Assembly: GCA_965235115.1 (NCBI GenBank)
Contig: OZ249438.1
Span: 39,494,001 to 39,558,000, forward strand
Length of the DNA: 64,000 nucleotides
Direction of reading: 5' to 3'
Source: Laetmonice hystrix
Taxonomy: Eukaryota
This document shows, piece after piece, positions 52,258-64,000 of this stretch. Each line of letters opens with the position of its first letter. Position 1 is the stretch's first letter. A program made the translations under genes and the position numbers. The notes beneath the pieces were generated by a model. The model worked only from the letters and a program-made list of their open reading frames with translations, had not been told where the DNA came from and searched no databases.

Positions 52258-54027
52258 ATATTGATTCTCTAACCTATACATGGATTTAGCTGGTATGTAT
52301 GTGCTGATTACGTTTGGTAGGAGGTACTGGCAGAAGAACTACAAGGAACACGTTGTATCTGTTGTACTGTTCACGAATTGATCTTTACCTGTTCCAGTAC
52401 GAATAATGCAGTATTCAGAAAGAAAGAGCAGACAATAGGTCCAGACGATCGTCTCGTAAAACGTTATTTTCCGAATATGGTTCCTATTTCTCTTTTCCTA
52501 TGTTTTCCCCACCATTGGAATTAAACCTGATGTGGATTGAAGCGAACCAGACAAGTAAAAAATAAAATAAAATAAATGAAAGGCGAATCAAATAGACTTG
52601 GCGTTTGTGTGGGGCCGCTTGGTTTTCGGTTTCAATTTAGGCAGTGGCAATGATGTGGCTATGCATTGAATACTTTGAAGTAGCTTTGGGGGTTGATTCT
52701 TAAACTCGGAACCCGGAGAAGGCCCCTAATTGACAGGGTATATCCATAAGTGTTGCCCTGGGCGAAGCTCAGGATGTGCATGGTCACGTGATGCCGTCAA
52801 ACTGTCAAGTGAGATGTAGCGGTAAAGGGCGCGAAGACCCACTCGTGTGTCCAGCGGCTGCTCGTAGCGCTACCTGGTGGTGAGTGTGTTCTCCACCATG
52901 TCCCCATGACGATTTTCATGGCAGCTCTCCGTGTGTACACAGGAAGTGTTCATCGCTCCTTACAACATTCATGAAAGGTCACACAATGAATTTATCATTG
53001 AGTGCCCACCTTGCACGGCACAGCCCTCGATTCTCGTCACTCTCTGGGGATCAAGAAACGGTTGGACTTCACAGGAGGACGTATAAATGGCTCTAGACGT
53101 GCCGAGATGGCCTCCGCCCGCTGCCTCCCAGCCAGCAAAAGATGAAAGCCAGCCTTTGTTGACTTATGCACAAACGGAAGCAATTTAGCATCCTTCAAAC
53201 GAAAAAGGCTTAATTTGGTGACCCGTGTTCACTATGATGGGAAACCGTTAATGGGTCAGAATTCATCAACATGTAAAATTGCCCTATTCATATCTTCCCT
53301 TTTACATGTTTATAACAAAGACATATAATATATACGTTACAAAACTGGCAAAATTTGCTAATAACAGTACCCCCCCCCCCCCGATAGAACATACCTAAAG
53401 AAAGAAGGCTAATTGATAGTCTACAGTAAGTAGAATCTGCCCTGCTAAGAGCACTTGAACTATATATGCCATCAAGTATGCACGCTGTAAGAAAATGAAA
53501 TCAATATCCTGTAAGCGGTTGAGCTATCACGAGTTAGATCCCATGAACTTTATGTATTGACTCTTCTAAAGCAATTGTCTGTAGTCTATAGCCGACTGCT
53601 TGTTGAGAATATTCCTTCCTTTCTTCTATTACCAAGTGTTCAGGTCTGTCAGGTGACTGAACCACATTATTGTGTTCTCAAATTGCTCATTTGCCGAGGA
53701 TTGAAATGCGATCGTCGTCCCAGAGAGGCTAGAATGTCGAGTCTGCCCAGACCAATCCCACCGTTTTTACAGTAAAATGTCACACTGCCGGATACACCAT
53801 GTCTCATGTTTAGTTCGGGGATTAGCTGTTTAACATTTTGGGATGGCTGCAGAATTGTTACATAAATGAGACAATCTTCTGGTCTGTTCTCTGACTTATT
53901 TACTTTCCTATATATGGAAACAGTAATTTAATTTACAGTAGCCGTATGTGGATTATATCTTTTGTTTAACGCTGGCAATGTGATACGTTTTAGGCGAATA
54001 TGCTGATCAAACAGTGGTTGCCACGGC

Positions 54028-54400
54028 TGTAACCTTTGGCGATTTTGGCTATGGATATCGACATGCCGTCAGATACCATATTCCATCAAATGCATCAGCG
54101 TCTTGCGGCAAGGATTTGTAGTTCTTTTCCTCCCGCTCTCTGGCTCCTTGCCCCAAGGCCGGGCGGAGCTGGGTGGCCTAGTTCACACAATAATAGCGAG
54201 CGATAGGATCGGGGCACGACGCGAGCCGGCCGAGGCCGTATGTCAGACCGGCAGCCGGGCGCCCGGCAGCCGAACACCGCTGGCTGTCACCCTTTTATAC
54301 CAACATCCGTCATGCCGGTAACTCGCAGGCTCAGGGGAGAACACGTTTCTATCTGTAGGCCGACCGTGTGCCCACCCTCTACCCATCCTACTCACTTACA
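54028..54400 (-). mobile_element. Candidate solo LTR (373 bp)
   Basis: TGTAA...TTACA termini; flanks cggc/cagc (3 of 4 match); TATAAAAGGG on the minus strand near 54290-99; no clear poly(A) signal. Confidence 0.35.
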
Positions 54401-54571
54401 CAGCGCATTACCAGGGTCCATGCAAGAGTCTGCCGAATAACAACACACTGTTTTCACGACCTCAGCTGATCAATGTGATGACATTCAGACATAGACTGCA
54501 ATGGACAGGCCGGTGTGACAGTCCTCTTGGTCCAGGGTGGGATCGGGGGGAAATATATGGAGGTAAAGCGT

Positions 54572-55735
54572 TGGTTTGTTCCAGGAGCCAGGTTACATTA
54601 TGAATATTTGAAGGGACGCCATTGGTTTGTTCCTGGGGCGAGGTCCCATGTCAATATTTGAAGGGACGCCATTGGTTTGTTCCAGGAGTGAGGCCCTATG
54701 TCAATATTTGAAGGGACGCCATTGGTTTGTTCCAGGAGTGAGGCCCCATGTCAATATTTGAAGGGACGCCATTGGTTTGTTCCAGGAGCGAGGTCCCATG
54801 TCAATATTTGAAGGGACGCCATTGGTTTGTTCCTGGAGCGAAGTCCCATGTCACTATTTGAAGGGACGCCATTCGTTTTTTCCTGGGGCGAGGTCCCATG
54901 TCAATATTTGAAGGGACGCCATTGGTTTGTTCCTGGAGTGAGGTCCCATGTCAGTATTTGAAGGGACGCCATTGGCTTGTTCCAGGAGCGAAGTCCCATG
55001 TCACTATTTGAAGGGACGCCATTGGTTTTTTCCTGGGGCGAGGTCCCATGTCAGTATTTGAAGGGACGCCATTGGTTTGTTCCAGGAGTGAGGCCCTATG
55101 TCAATATTTGAAGGGACGCCATTGGTTTGTTCCAGGAGTGAGGCCCCATGTCAATATTTGAAGGGATGCCATTGGTTTGTTCATGGGGCGAGGTCCCATG
55201 TCAATATTTGAAGGGACGCCATTGGTTTGTTCCTGGAGTGAGGCCCCATGTTAATATTTGAAGGGACGCCATTGGTTTGTTCCTGGGGCGAGGTCCCATG
55301 TCAATATTTGAAGGGACGCCATTGGTTTGTTCCTGGGGCGAGGTCCCATGTCAATATTTGAAGGGACGCCATTGGTTTGTTCCTGGGGCGAGGTCACATG
55401 TCAATATTTGAAGGGACGCCATTGGTTTGTTTCTGGATTGAGGCCCCCCCCCCCATGTCAATATTTGAAGGGACGCCATTGGTTTGTTCCTGGAGTGAGG
55501 CCCCATGTCAATATTTGAAGGGACGCCATTGGTTTGTTCCAGGAGTGAGGTCCCATGTCAATATTTGAAGGGACGCCAGTGGTTTGTTCATGGGGCGAGG
55601 TCACATGTCAATATTTGAAGGGACGCCATTGGTTTGTTCCAGGAGCGAAGTCACATGTCAATATTTGAAGGGACGCCATGGCTTGTTCCAGATCATGGTT
55701 TGTTCCAGGAGTGAGGCCCTATGTCAATATTTGAA
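54572..55735. repeat. 50-bp minisatellite, ~23 copies
   Basis: tcaatatttgaagggacgccattggtttgttccaggagtgaggccccatg. Confidence 0.96.
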
Positions 55736-56052
55736 GAACAAGCAGTTCAGATTTCAGGCCTTATTCTACGACCGTTATGCTCTCCTATTACCTTACCGAT
55801 ACCATACCCGTTTTGCAATTCCGTACATGCACAACGGACGAGGGAAACAAACCATGTGCCCTATGTCAATATTTGATATATCGTGCTGAGATATGTCTTT
55901 AACTAACGTTTAATGAACGTGTCTTGAAACTTTTCTCACGGAGGAAATTACAGCTCATTACTACGTCCTGTTTTGATAATTCAGTTTATGAAACAGACTG
56001 ATTAGCTCACAACAGATTAGAATCTGTAATCCAATAATACGATTGGTTAGTT

Positions 56053-57366
56053 GACTAGAGGACATTCTGCCTGTCTGGAATGATACCTGTGTGACTAGAG
56101 GACAGTCTGCCTGTCTGGAATGATACCTGTGTGACTAGAGGACAGTCTGCCTGTCTGGAATGATACCTGTGTGACTAGAGGACAGTCTGCCTGTCTGGAA
56201 TGATACCTGTGTGACTAGAGGACAGTCTGCCTGTCTGGAATGATACATGTGTGACTAGAGGACAGTCTGCCTGTCTGGAATGATACCTGTGTGACTAGAG
56301 GACAGTCTGCCTGTCTGGAATGATACCTGTGTGACTAGAGGACAGTCTGCCTGTCTGGAATGATACATGTGTGACTAGAGGACAGTCTGCCTGTCTGGAA
56401 TGATACCTGTGTGACTAGAGGACAGTCTGCCTGTCTGGAATGATACATGTGTGACTAGAGGACAGTCTGCCTGTCTGGAATGATACCTGTGTGACTAGAG
56501 GACAGTCTGCCTGTCTGGAATGATACCTGTGTGACTAGAGGACAGTCTGCCTGTCTGGAATGATACCTGTGTGACTAGAGGACAGTCTGCCTGTCTGGAA
56601 TGATACCTGTGTGACTAGAGGACAGTCTGCCTGTCTGGAATGATACATGTGTGACTAGAGGACAGTCTGCCTGTCTGGAATGATACCTGGTGACTAGAGG
56701 ACAGTCTGCCTGTCTGGAATGATACCTGTGTGACTAGAGGACAGTCTGCCTGTCTGGAATGATACCTGTGTGATTAGAGGACAGTCTGCCTGTCTGGAAT
56801 GATACCTGGTGACTAGAGGACAGTCTGCCTGTCTGGAATGATACCTGGTGACTAGAGGATAGTCTGCCTGTCTGGAATGATACCTGTGTGACTAGAGGAC
56901 AGTCTGCCTGTCTGGATTGATACCTGTGTGACTAGAGGACAGTCTGCCTGTCTGGAATGATACCTGGTGACTAGAGGACAGTCTGCCTGTCTGGAATGAT
57001 ACCTGTGTGACTAGAGGACAGTCTGCCTGTCTGGAATGATACATGTGTGACTAGAGGACAGTCTGCCTGTCTGGAATGATACCTGGTGACTAGAGGACAG
57101 TCTGCCTGTCTGGAATGATACCTGTGTGACTAGAGGACAGTCTGCCTGTCTGGAATGATACCTGTGTGACTAGAGGACAGTCTGCCTGTCTGGAATGATA
57201 CCTGTGTGACTAGAGGACAGTCTGCCTGTCTGGAATGATACCTGTGTGACTAGAGGACAGTCTGCCTGTCTGGAATGATACCTGTGTGACTAGAGGACAG
57301 TCTGCCTGTCTGGAATGATACATGTGTGACTAGAGGACAGCCTGCCTGTCTGGAATGATACCTGTG
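56053..57366. repeat. 40/38-bp minisatellite, ~33 copies
   Basis: gactagaggacagtctgcctgtctggaatgatacctgtgt. Confidence 0.97.
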
Positions 57367-58585
57367 GGTTAGTTTCTCTCATGTAGATGACATTTGCATT
57401 TTAAGTTGGCTATAACCACCCGCCACTGAACACTGTCTAAAATGTCTAGAAATTAGATAGTTAAAGGACTCTTTATTCTATTATGAATCATAAAACGAAA
57501 AGCTACTTTAGCGAACAATTATCCCTGCGGCTGTATTTTTTTTATTCATTGCAACTGAAAGGCTTAAAGGTCGCCACAGATGACGATATAATATTACTTC
57601 GCAGATGTTTTATCTATGCAAAGCATAAACAAGTCAAGAATTGGTGGCCTATGTGACTTTCTGTTCTAATCTGTTTAAAAACTCGCTCGCCAACAGTAAA
57701 TTGCTACCAAAGTACCAAAAGTACCAAATGCCTGTTAGAATTTAAAAGGGGTAAAAGGCAATTAAAGTTTAAAACTGGATGTTGTTTGATAAGTAAACTT
57801 CATATGGCCTCTGGCCGTTTCTTTTGCTATAGAAATGTTCCCGTTTGTTTAGACACGAAGTGAAAACGTGACGCTATCGAGGATAGATAAACGTCAAATC
57901 GGGTTTCTCCATGTATCCCTTCAAAATGTGGACCCTGCATAATAGAGACCTCTGTTAGAAATGCTCCTCTTCCTTTGGAAAGGCCCCGTTTTATACTGGA
58001 TCCAGTGGACCCGTCCCTTTCCAATGTTCATGCTCCGCCCCTTTCCAAGTTCAGGTTGGCCGGTTTGAACACTAAAACCCCACCAGTTGTGTGCTACCCC
58101 CGCCAGGTGTCACGTCGATCGCCCCCAGAGTGGCCGAGAGTGTGCCGTATGACAACCAGCCTCTGTTTGAACAGAGTATCGGCACAATTAGGGCCGCCCA
58201 GAGACCGGGCTGTAGACGGCTATCAAGTGTACTTACCGGCCGACCGTGCCGACTGGGACGGTTCGGTGTCATTATCAAAGTGACACCTTGTACCGGCCTG
58301 ATCAGATTCTGGTCGGCCTGGGCCTGGATTACGTTTTCAGGACCCGATCAACTTTAGAAAGAAATCTGTAAGATTACGGCGGGTCGTGTCGAATGTGTGA
58401 AACGACCAGAGACTTGGGCCTGGCGCCGGAGCTGGTAGTCCCCCCCCCCCTCCATCTGGAATTGATGTCAGTCGAAAGAACATGTATGACTTCCTATTCA
58501 TGTTCAATAGTAACCATGGCTTTATCTTTAGTCCTGATTGTAAAATTCAAAGTCAAGTAGGCCTTAATTGTTACCGGACTTCTTA

Positions 58586-58852
58586 CTGGGAATCCAGGGG
58601 CCAGTGGGAATATCCAGGGGCCAGTGGGAATATCCAGGGGTAGTGGGAATATCTAGGGGCCAGTGGGAATATCCAGGGGCCAGTGGAAATATCCAGGGGC
58701 CAGTGGGAATATCCAGGGGCCAGTGGGAATATCCAGGGGCCAGTGGGAATATCCAGGGGCCAGTGGGAATATCCAGGGACCAGTGGGAATATCCAGGGGC
58801 CAGTGGGAATATCCAGGGACCAGTGGGAATATCCAGGGACCAGTGGGAATAT
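58586..58852. repeat. 20-bp minisatellite, ~13 copies
   Basis: gggaatatccaggggccagt. Confidence 0.95.
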
Positions 58853-59919
58853 TTTTGGTAATCTAAGATTAGATTAAGCCAGAAACGTTTGATTGGTTCA
58901 GCTGGCTGAAGTAGAGGAGGGTGACAGACCTCTGCGGGTATTGCCCTCTACTGTGGTTAGTGGTCGTCCGATGGAATGACCCTCCTTCTCTTTACACGGC
59001 ACTGGTAAGAGCTGACGCCTGACTCTTACAGTCCGCCCCATGCGCCACCTACAGGCGCCACCCTCAAGCGTCATCGAGTGCTCACGCATAGCACTTCACA
59101 AATCGCACACCGAACGTTCGCTCACTAGTCATTCTTTAAAAGCTAATGTAATTCTCACACGAACTTTAACATACAAACATGCTTAATGGCAAGGGATCAT
59201 GTGACCAATCAGGAGAGAAAGCAACATCCAGCAAAGCTGCACGCAATGTCAAATTGCTCCCCGGTACCTGTGTGAGAATGTCTTTTTGTTAGCCTTGTGT
59301 TGTCATAGCAACATCAGGTGGCCCAGGGGAGGCCGCTGTGCTGACAAGTGGATTCATTTCGACATATTTGGGAGATGATTCGTATTGCTATGGCCGCCTG
59401 ACAAATCATTATCCGTCTGATGAGGTTAAGGAGACAGTGCTCCTTTACAGCCAGACACATGGCCGATTTTCCCCCCGGTCTTTAGGTACTATCTCATCTT
59501 GTCTTAGCCTCACCGAACGTGTTTCAGTGAATTCCACTGAAGCAAATGATTTACTCCTTTTTTAACAGTGACAGCTGTCATTGATTTCAATACCGAAGTT
59601 CAAAGCACGTTGTCAAGGGTAATGGAAATAAATCCGCAGAAATCTTTTTTTAATGTCATAAATGTTTCAACTAATGACAAATCTTTTGTGTGACTGTAGA
59701 TTGGATTAGTTTTCTTTCCGATCAGTCGTTGATGGGTAAAGAAAGCTTTGGTCTATGCCGACTGATTAATGTACGGGTTGGGAGGTAGGATGCTGACTGA
59801 CTCGTACCGTCAGTCAACGTCAAGACATCAGACGTGACGCTCGTCATCTTAATGTTCGTAGTGCCCTCTGGCGGTGATTCTGACGTCAGACCGATGTCAT
59901 CATGGCCGACGTTTACATG

Positions 59920-60048
59920 GTTACCTGGTTACCTTGGAGATAGAGTGTATCATTATCTGTGACCTGTGACTGATGGCGGACCTGTTACCTGGTTACCTTG
60001 GAGATACAGTATATCATTATCTGTGACCTGTGACTGATGGCAGACCTG
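59920..60048. repeat. Tandem duplication, 64 bp x2
   Basis: gttacctggttaccttggagat at 59920 and 59984. Confidence 0.88.
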
Positions 60049-60880
60049 ATGTGGCTCTCAAGGACCGCTCCAGTCAGCAATAGGAGGACAAGGAGAAGAA
60101 GGCGGCGGAAGAGGACAGGATGGCGCATGTTGTGGCTCTCAAGGCCCACTCCAGTCAGCAATACGAGGACGAGGAGAAGGAGAGGATGGCCCATGTTGTG
60201 GCTCTCAAGGCCCACTGCAGTCAGCAATAGGAGGACAAGGAGAAGAAGGCGGCGGAAGAGGACAGGATGGCGCATGTTGTGGCTCTCAAGGCCCACTCCA
60301 GTCAGCAATACGAGGACGAGGAGAAGGAGAGGATGGCCCATGTTGTGGCTCTCAAGGCCAACTGCAGTCAGCAATAGGAGGACAAGGAGAAGAAGGCGGC
60401 GGAAGAGGACAGGATGGCCCATGTTGTGGCTCTCAAGGCCCACTGCAGTCAGCAATAGGAGGACAAGGAGAAGAAGGTGGCGGAAGAGGACAGGATGGCC
60501 CATGTTGTGGCTCTCAAGGCCCACTGCAGTCAGCAATAGGAGGACAAGGAGAAGAAGGCGGCGGAAGAGGACAGGATGGCCCATGTTGTGGCTCTCAAGG
60601 CCCACTGCAGTCAGCAATAGGAGGACAAGGAGAAGAAGGCGGCGGAAGAGGACAGGATGGCCCATGTTGTGGCTCTCAAGGCCCACTGCAGTCAGCAATA
60701 GGAGGACAAGGAGAAGAAGGCGGCGGAAGAGGACAGGATGGCCCATGTTGTGGCTCTCAAGGCCCACTGCAGTCAGCAATAGGAGGACAAGGAGAAGAAG
60801 GCGGCGGAAGAGGACAGGATGGCCCATGTTGTGGCTCTCAAGGCCCACTCCATGCAGTCAGCAATAGGAGGACAAGGAGC
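60049..60880. repeat. 81/66-bp purine-rich minisatellite, ~10 copies
   Basis: ggatggcccatgttgtggctctcaaggcccactgcagtcagcaataggaggacaaggagaagaaggcggcggaagaggaca. Confidence 0.95.
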
Positions 60881-62069
60881 AGGAGGAGAGGATGGTGCAT
60901 GCTGTGGTCGTGATCCCAGAGGTGCCCCAGGATGCCGCCTCACTCTAAGAAAAAGCCATACAAGGCGAACATGTTGTCACAAGCCTATTAGTGACACTTA
61001 ATTAGGAGTCTGACTACCTTGATTGAGAATAAGAAAGCCTGAGAGTTGTTATCAAGGGGTCCTTAGTGTCGCTACTAATACCGTCAGAATCAGCCATGAC
61101 AGCCGCGGCTTGTATCAGTCCGATATCTGACAGATCTCCTGTCTCCTGTCTCCCTGTCTCCTGTCTCCCTGTCTCCTGTCTTCACCCATAGGAACAAACG
61201 ATATATTGTTAGAACGTCCTACTGAGCTTATATAGTTCTCATGTTATAACCTGAAACCTGACTTGTTGTATATGTGTCTCGGGCACCGCCCAATATTAAC
61301 GATGGGAGTAGGTGTTCGCGGCTAACCAGAGCCTGTACGACGAACCTGCCGTTGTTCTTTCCGTGGTTAGTGGGTGAAGTAGTGCCTTGTAATGGACGCC
61401 TTTCTACCATGCCCTCCATAAGTACCCTCAGACATGAGCTCTACCTTGATTGCCTTCCCGTTCATAATAGCACCTGATTTTTATCATGGCCAAGGATAAT
61501 GAAGCGGTCGTGCGGACACTTTGTTTATGGGAAAGTCAGAAGAAGGGGAAATGAGGCGAGGTAAGGAAGGAACTAAATGAAGATGGATTCCCATCCCAGT
61601 GGACTGCGTGCGATTGGTGGTTAATGTCGTAATTAGAATTGATACGGGAGGTAGTGAGAGAAAAGCATCCCTGGCAAGGAGTGACGCCTTTCAAGATAGG
61701 ATCGGCTATGGTCGCTGGGAGTGTGTGGACCAGGGGACTGCTTGCCGGATGACAACCCCCAAACAACCACTAATATGGTCTTTGTAAACCCTCTTGACTC
61801 GCTTGGGACCATGGGGGCCTTGCCTTGGGACCGATAACCGGGTGTCAACCCCGCTCCACTCGCTCCGTGTGCTGGGCCCCGCAAGGTTTGGCATGGCATT
61901 AGATTAATCCAACCACGCGGGAGCTATCTGTACCTATTATTGTAAAATAGCACAGTCCATCTTTTTAGGTCAGGGAGAGCTCTCTATAAGCTCCAATTAC
62001 TCAGGAACATCATGTTCCAAAAGAACCTGCAAGACCTCCCGACCTACGACCTACTAGAAGCTGCATGGT

Positions 62070-62429
62070 GTTTCTGGTCGGTGTTTCAGGATCAGAAGTT
62101 GTGTGACATGACGATGTTTCTGGTTGTTGTTTCAGGATCAGAAGTTGCGTGACATGACGATGTTTTTGGTTGTTGTTTCAGGATCATGACATGACGATGT
62201 TTTTGGTTGTTGTTTCAGGATCAGAAGTTGTGTGACATGACGATGTTTCTGGTTGGTGTTTCAGGATCAGAAGTTGCGTGACATGACGATGTTTCTGGTT
62301 GTTGTTTCAGGATCAGAAGTTACGTGACATGACGATGTTTCTGGTTGGTGTTTCAGGATCAGAAGTTGCGTGACATGACGATGTTTCTGGTTGGTGTTTC
62401 AGGATCAGAAGTTGCGTGACATGACGATG
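62070..62429 (+). repeat. 46-bp tandem array made of the 3' splice site plus first 27 nt of the PLC-beta exon (8 acceptor copies)
   Basis: Unit tttctggttggtgtttcag|gatcagaagttgcgtgacatgacgatg. Exon-start positions 62090, 62136, 62182, 62219 (preceding unit has a 9-nt deletion), 62265, 62311, 62357, 62403. Confidence 0.97.
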
Positions 62430-62543
62430 ATGGGGACGCCGGACGTCCCACTCGAGGACAAGATGATCTCCATCGTCTACGGTGCCGACATGGTCAACCT
62501 GAGTTATCTTAACTTCGCGTCCACCTCGCGTGATGTAGCCAGT
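62403..62543 (+). CDS. PLCB1: Phospholipase C-beta internal coding exon: DQKLRDMTMMGTPDVPLEDKMISIVYGADMVNLSYLNFASTSRDVAS
   Basis: 141 nt, phase 0/0; tttcag acceptor, AGT|gtaagt donor. Aligns with recalled PLCB1 [46 protein letters not shown] and continues directly from the exon ending ...TPK. Confidence 0.95.
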
Positions 62544-63932
62544 GTAAGTATATCTACACTCAGGTCAAGCAAGCAGTGTCTGTCGACTGCTGATTGATAG
62601 AAAAGACAAGAGACTTCTCGTTATAACGAACCCATGACCTCTCGAGGAACCAGAATCCAGAATCGGGGGGCGTGGGAAGTACCGTTTGTATCTCAGGGTC
62701 TCCATGAAGGCCTTTTTCTCCGATGTCTAGGGATATCATTTATGTCTTTGACTTGATATAGTACCTATGGACCTTGATTCCTCGTTACGAAGTGATACAT
62801 CTACCTTTAGTCCTTGACGCTGCCGGAACCAACTTTATTTATTGGGGAAAGGTGGTGTCTGTTCATGAAGCCTTTCAAATCGACGTGATCCTCTTGTACA
62901 GTGTCACATTATGTACCCCTGTAATGGCTGCCAGTACAGTGTCACATTATGTACCCCTGTAATGGCTCTCAGTACAGTGTCACATTATGTACCCCTGTAA
63001 TGACTCCCAGTACAGTGTCACATTATGTACCCCTGTAATGGCTCCCAGTACAGTGTCACATTATGTACCCCTGTAATGGCTCCCAGTACAGTGTCACATT
63101 ATCTACCCCTGTAATGGCTCCCAGTACAGTGTCACATTATGTACCCCTGTAATGGCTCCCAGTGCAGTGTCACATTATGTACCCCTGTAATGGCTGCCAG
63201 TACAGTGTCACATTATGTACCCCTGTAATGGCTGCCAGTACAGTGTCACATTATGTACCCCTGTAATGGCTGCCAGTACAGTGTCACATTGTGTACCCCT
63301 GTAATGGCTGCCAGTACAGTGTCACATTATGTACCCCTGTAATGGCTCCCAGTACAGTGTCACATTATGTACCCCTGTAATGGCTGCCAGTACAGTGTCA
63401 CATTATGTACCCCTGTAATGGCTCCTAGTACAGTGTCACATTATGTACCCCTGTAATGGCTCCCAGTTGCCGAATATGCATGATTTCAGTTACAGGTGTA
63501 ATGTAAGTAGAGAGAAAGCAGTCAGACATTCATGTAGCGGATCCAGATGTGGACTATTGTATAAAATCTACATTTGTATGGAGCTATTGGACGTGTGAAT
63601 GTGTCCCAGCCGACCTGTTCTGGCCGTCCTATACCATGTCAGACATTCAATGTGCCCCCATGGGGTGGGATAAACCAGCCAGCACAGGTTGTCAATCCCG
63701 CTCTATGTGTCTGCTCCAGCAACCATTAACCCTGAGTGCACATTTGATAGCAGATACCTCCCAGATCAAAAGGATCATTTCATTGTTCTATAAATCCACA
63801 TTACAGTTTCTTTATAGAAATTCCTGGATATGTAGCAGTACAATATTCGTCAGGTACACGTAGAACTTAAAACCAACCAGGTAAGCCGACAGACACAGAC
63901 TTAACATCATCTCTTCCTCCTTTGCTGTTTAG
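62544..63932 (+). other. GT-AG intron of the PLC-beta gene (1,389 nt)
   Basis: gtaagt...tttag; in-frame join ...DVAS|EWTE... Confidence 0.93.
62896..63467. repeat. 38-bp minisatellite, ~15 copies, in the short intron
   Basis: gtacagtgtcacattatgtacccctgtaatggctccca. Confidence 0.96.
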
Positions 63933-64000
63933 GAATGGACGGAAAAACTGTTTCGGTATGCAACAAACTTACTGCGGCAGAATGCCTGCCCTCTGGCCTT
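63933..64000 (+). CDS. PLCB1: Phospholipase C-beta coding exon, truncated by window end: EWTEKLFRYATNLLRQNACPLA...
   Basis: Strong acceptor ctcttcctcctttgctgtttag. Aligns with recalled PLCB1 EWTNEVFSLATNLLAQNMS. Confidence 0.95.

Larger units (their letters stand above)
10966..62402 (+). other. Large GT-AG intron of the PLC-beta gene (51,437 nt as assembled; includes two N gaps)
   Basis: The flanking exons join in frame (...RTPK|DQKL...) and match consecutive PLCB sequence, so no exon appears to be missing. Confidence 0.85.

Noticed and set aside
59985-60867. Poly-Leu (287 aa) and poly-Arg (276 aa) ORFs
   Set aside because: Products of the 81-bp purine-rich array; not credible as proteins.

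Overview
Eukaryotic (metazoan, invertebrate-like) genomic DNA. It contains three + strand coding exons of a phospholipase C-beta gene of the PLCB1-3/Plc21C type, covering part of the PH domain (10897-10965, 62403-62543, 63933->64000). The first two are separated by a ~51 kb intron. About a third of the window (hand estimate ~23 kb) consists of ~27 mutually unrelated minisatellite arrays with 20-82 bp units. These arrays account for all long ORFs in the ORF track, and none of those is credible as a gene. The intron also holds several non-autonomous DNA transposons/MITEs, a tRNA-derived SINE and two assembly gaps. The three most interesting signals are: (1) a 46-bp array that has copied the 3' splice site plus the first 9 codons of the exon at 62403 eight times, so only the last acceptor is productive; (2) a canonical recursive-splice site (polyY-CAG|GTAAG) with a 56-nt RS-exon at 49482-49544; (3) a 2.45-kb TIR-bounded element carrying eight dispersed copies of an 18-bp motif. 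Array boundaries and copy numbers were counted by eye and are approximate. Family assignments are from recall, not database searches.
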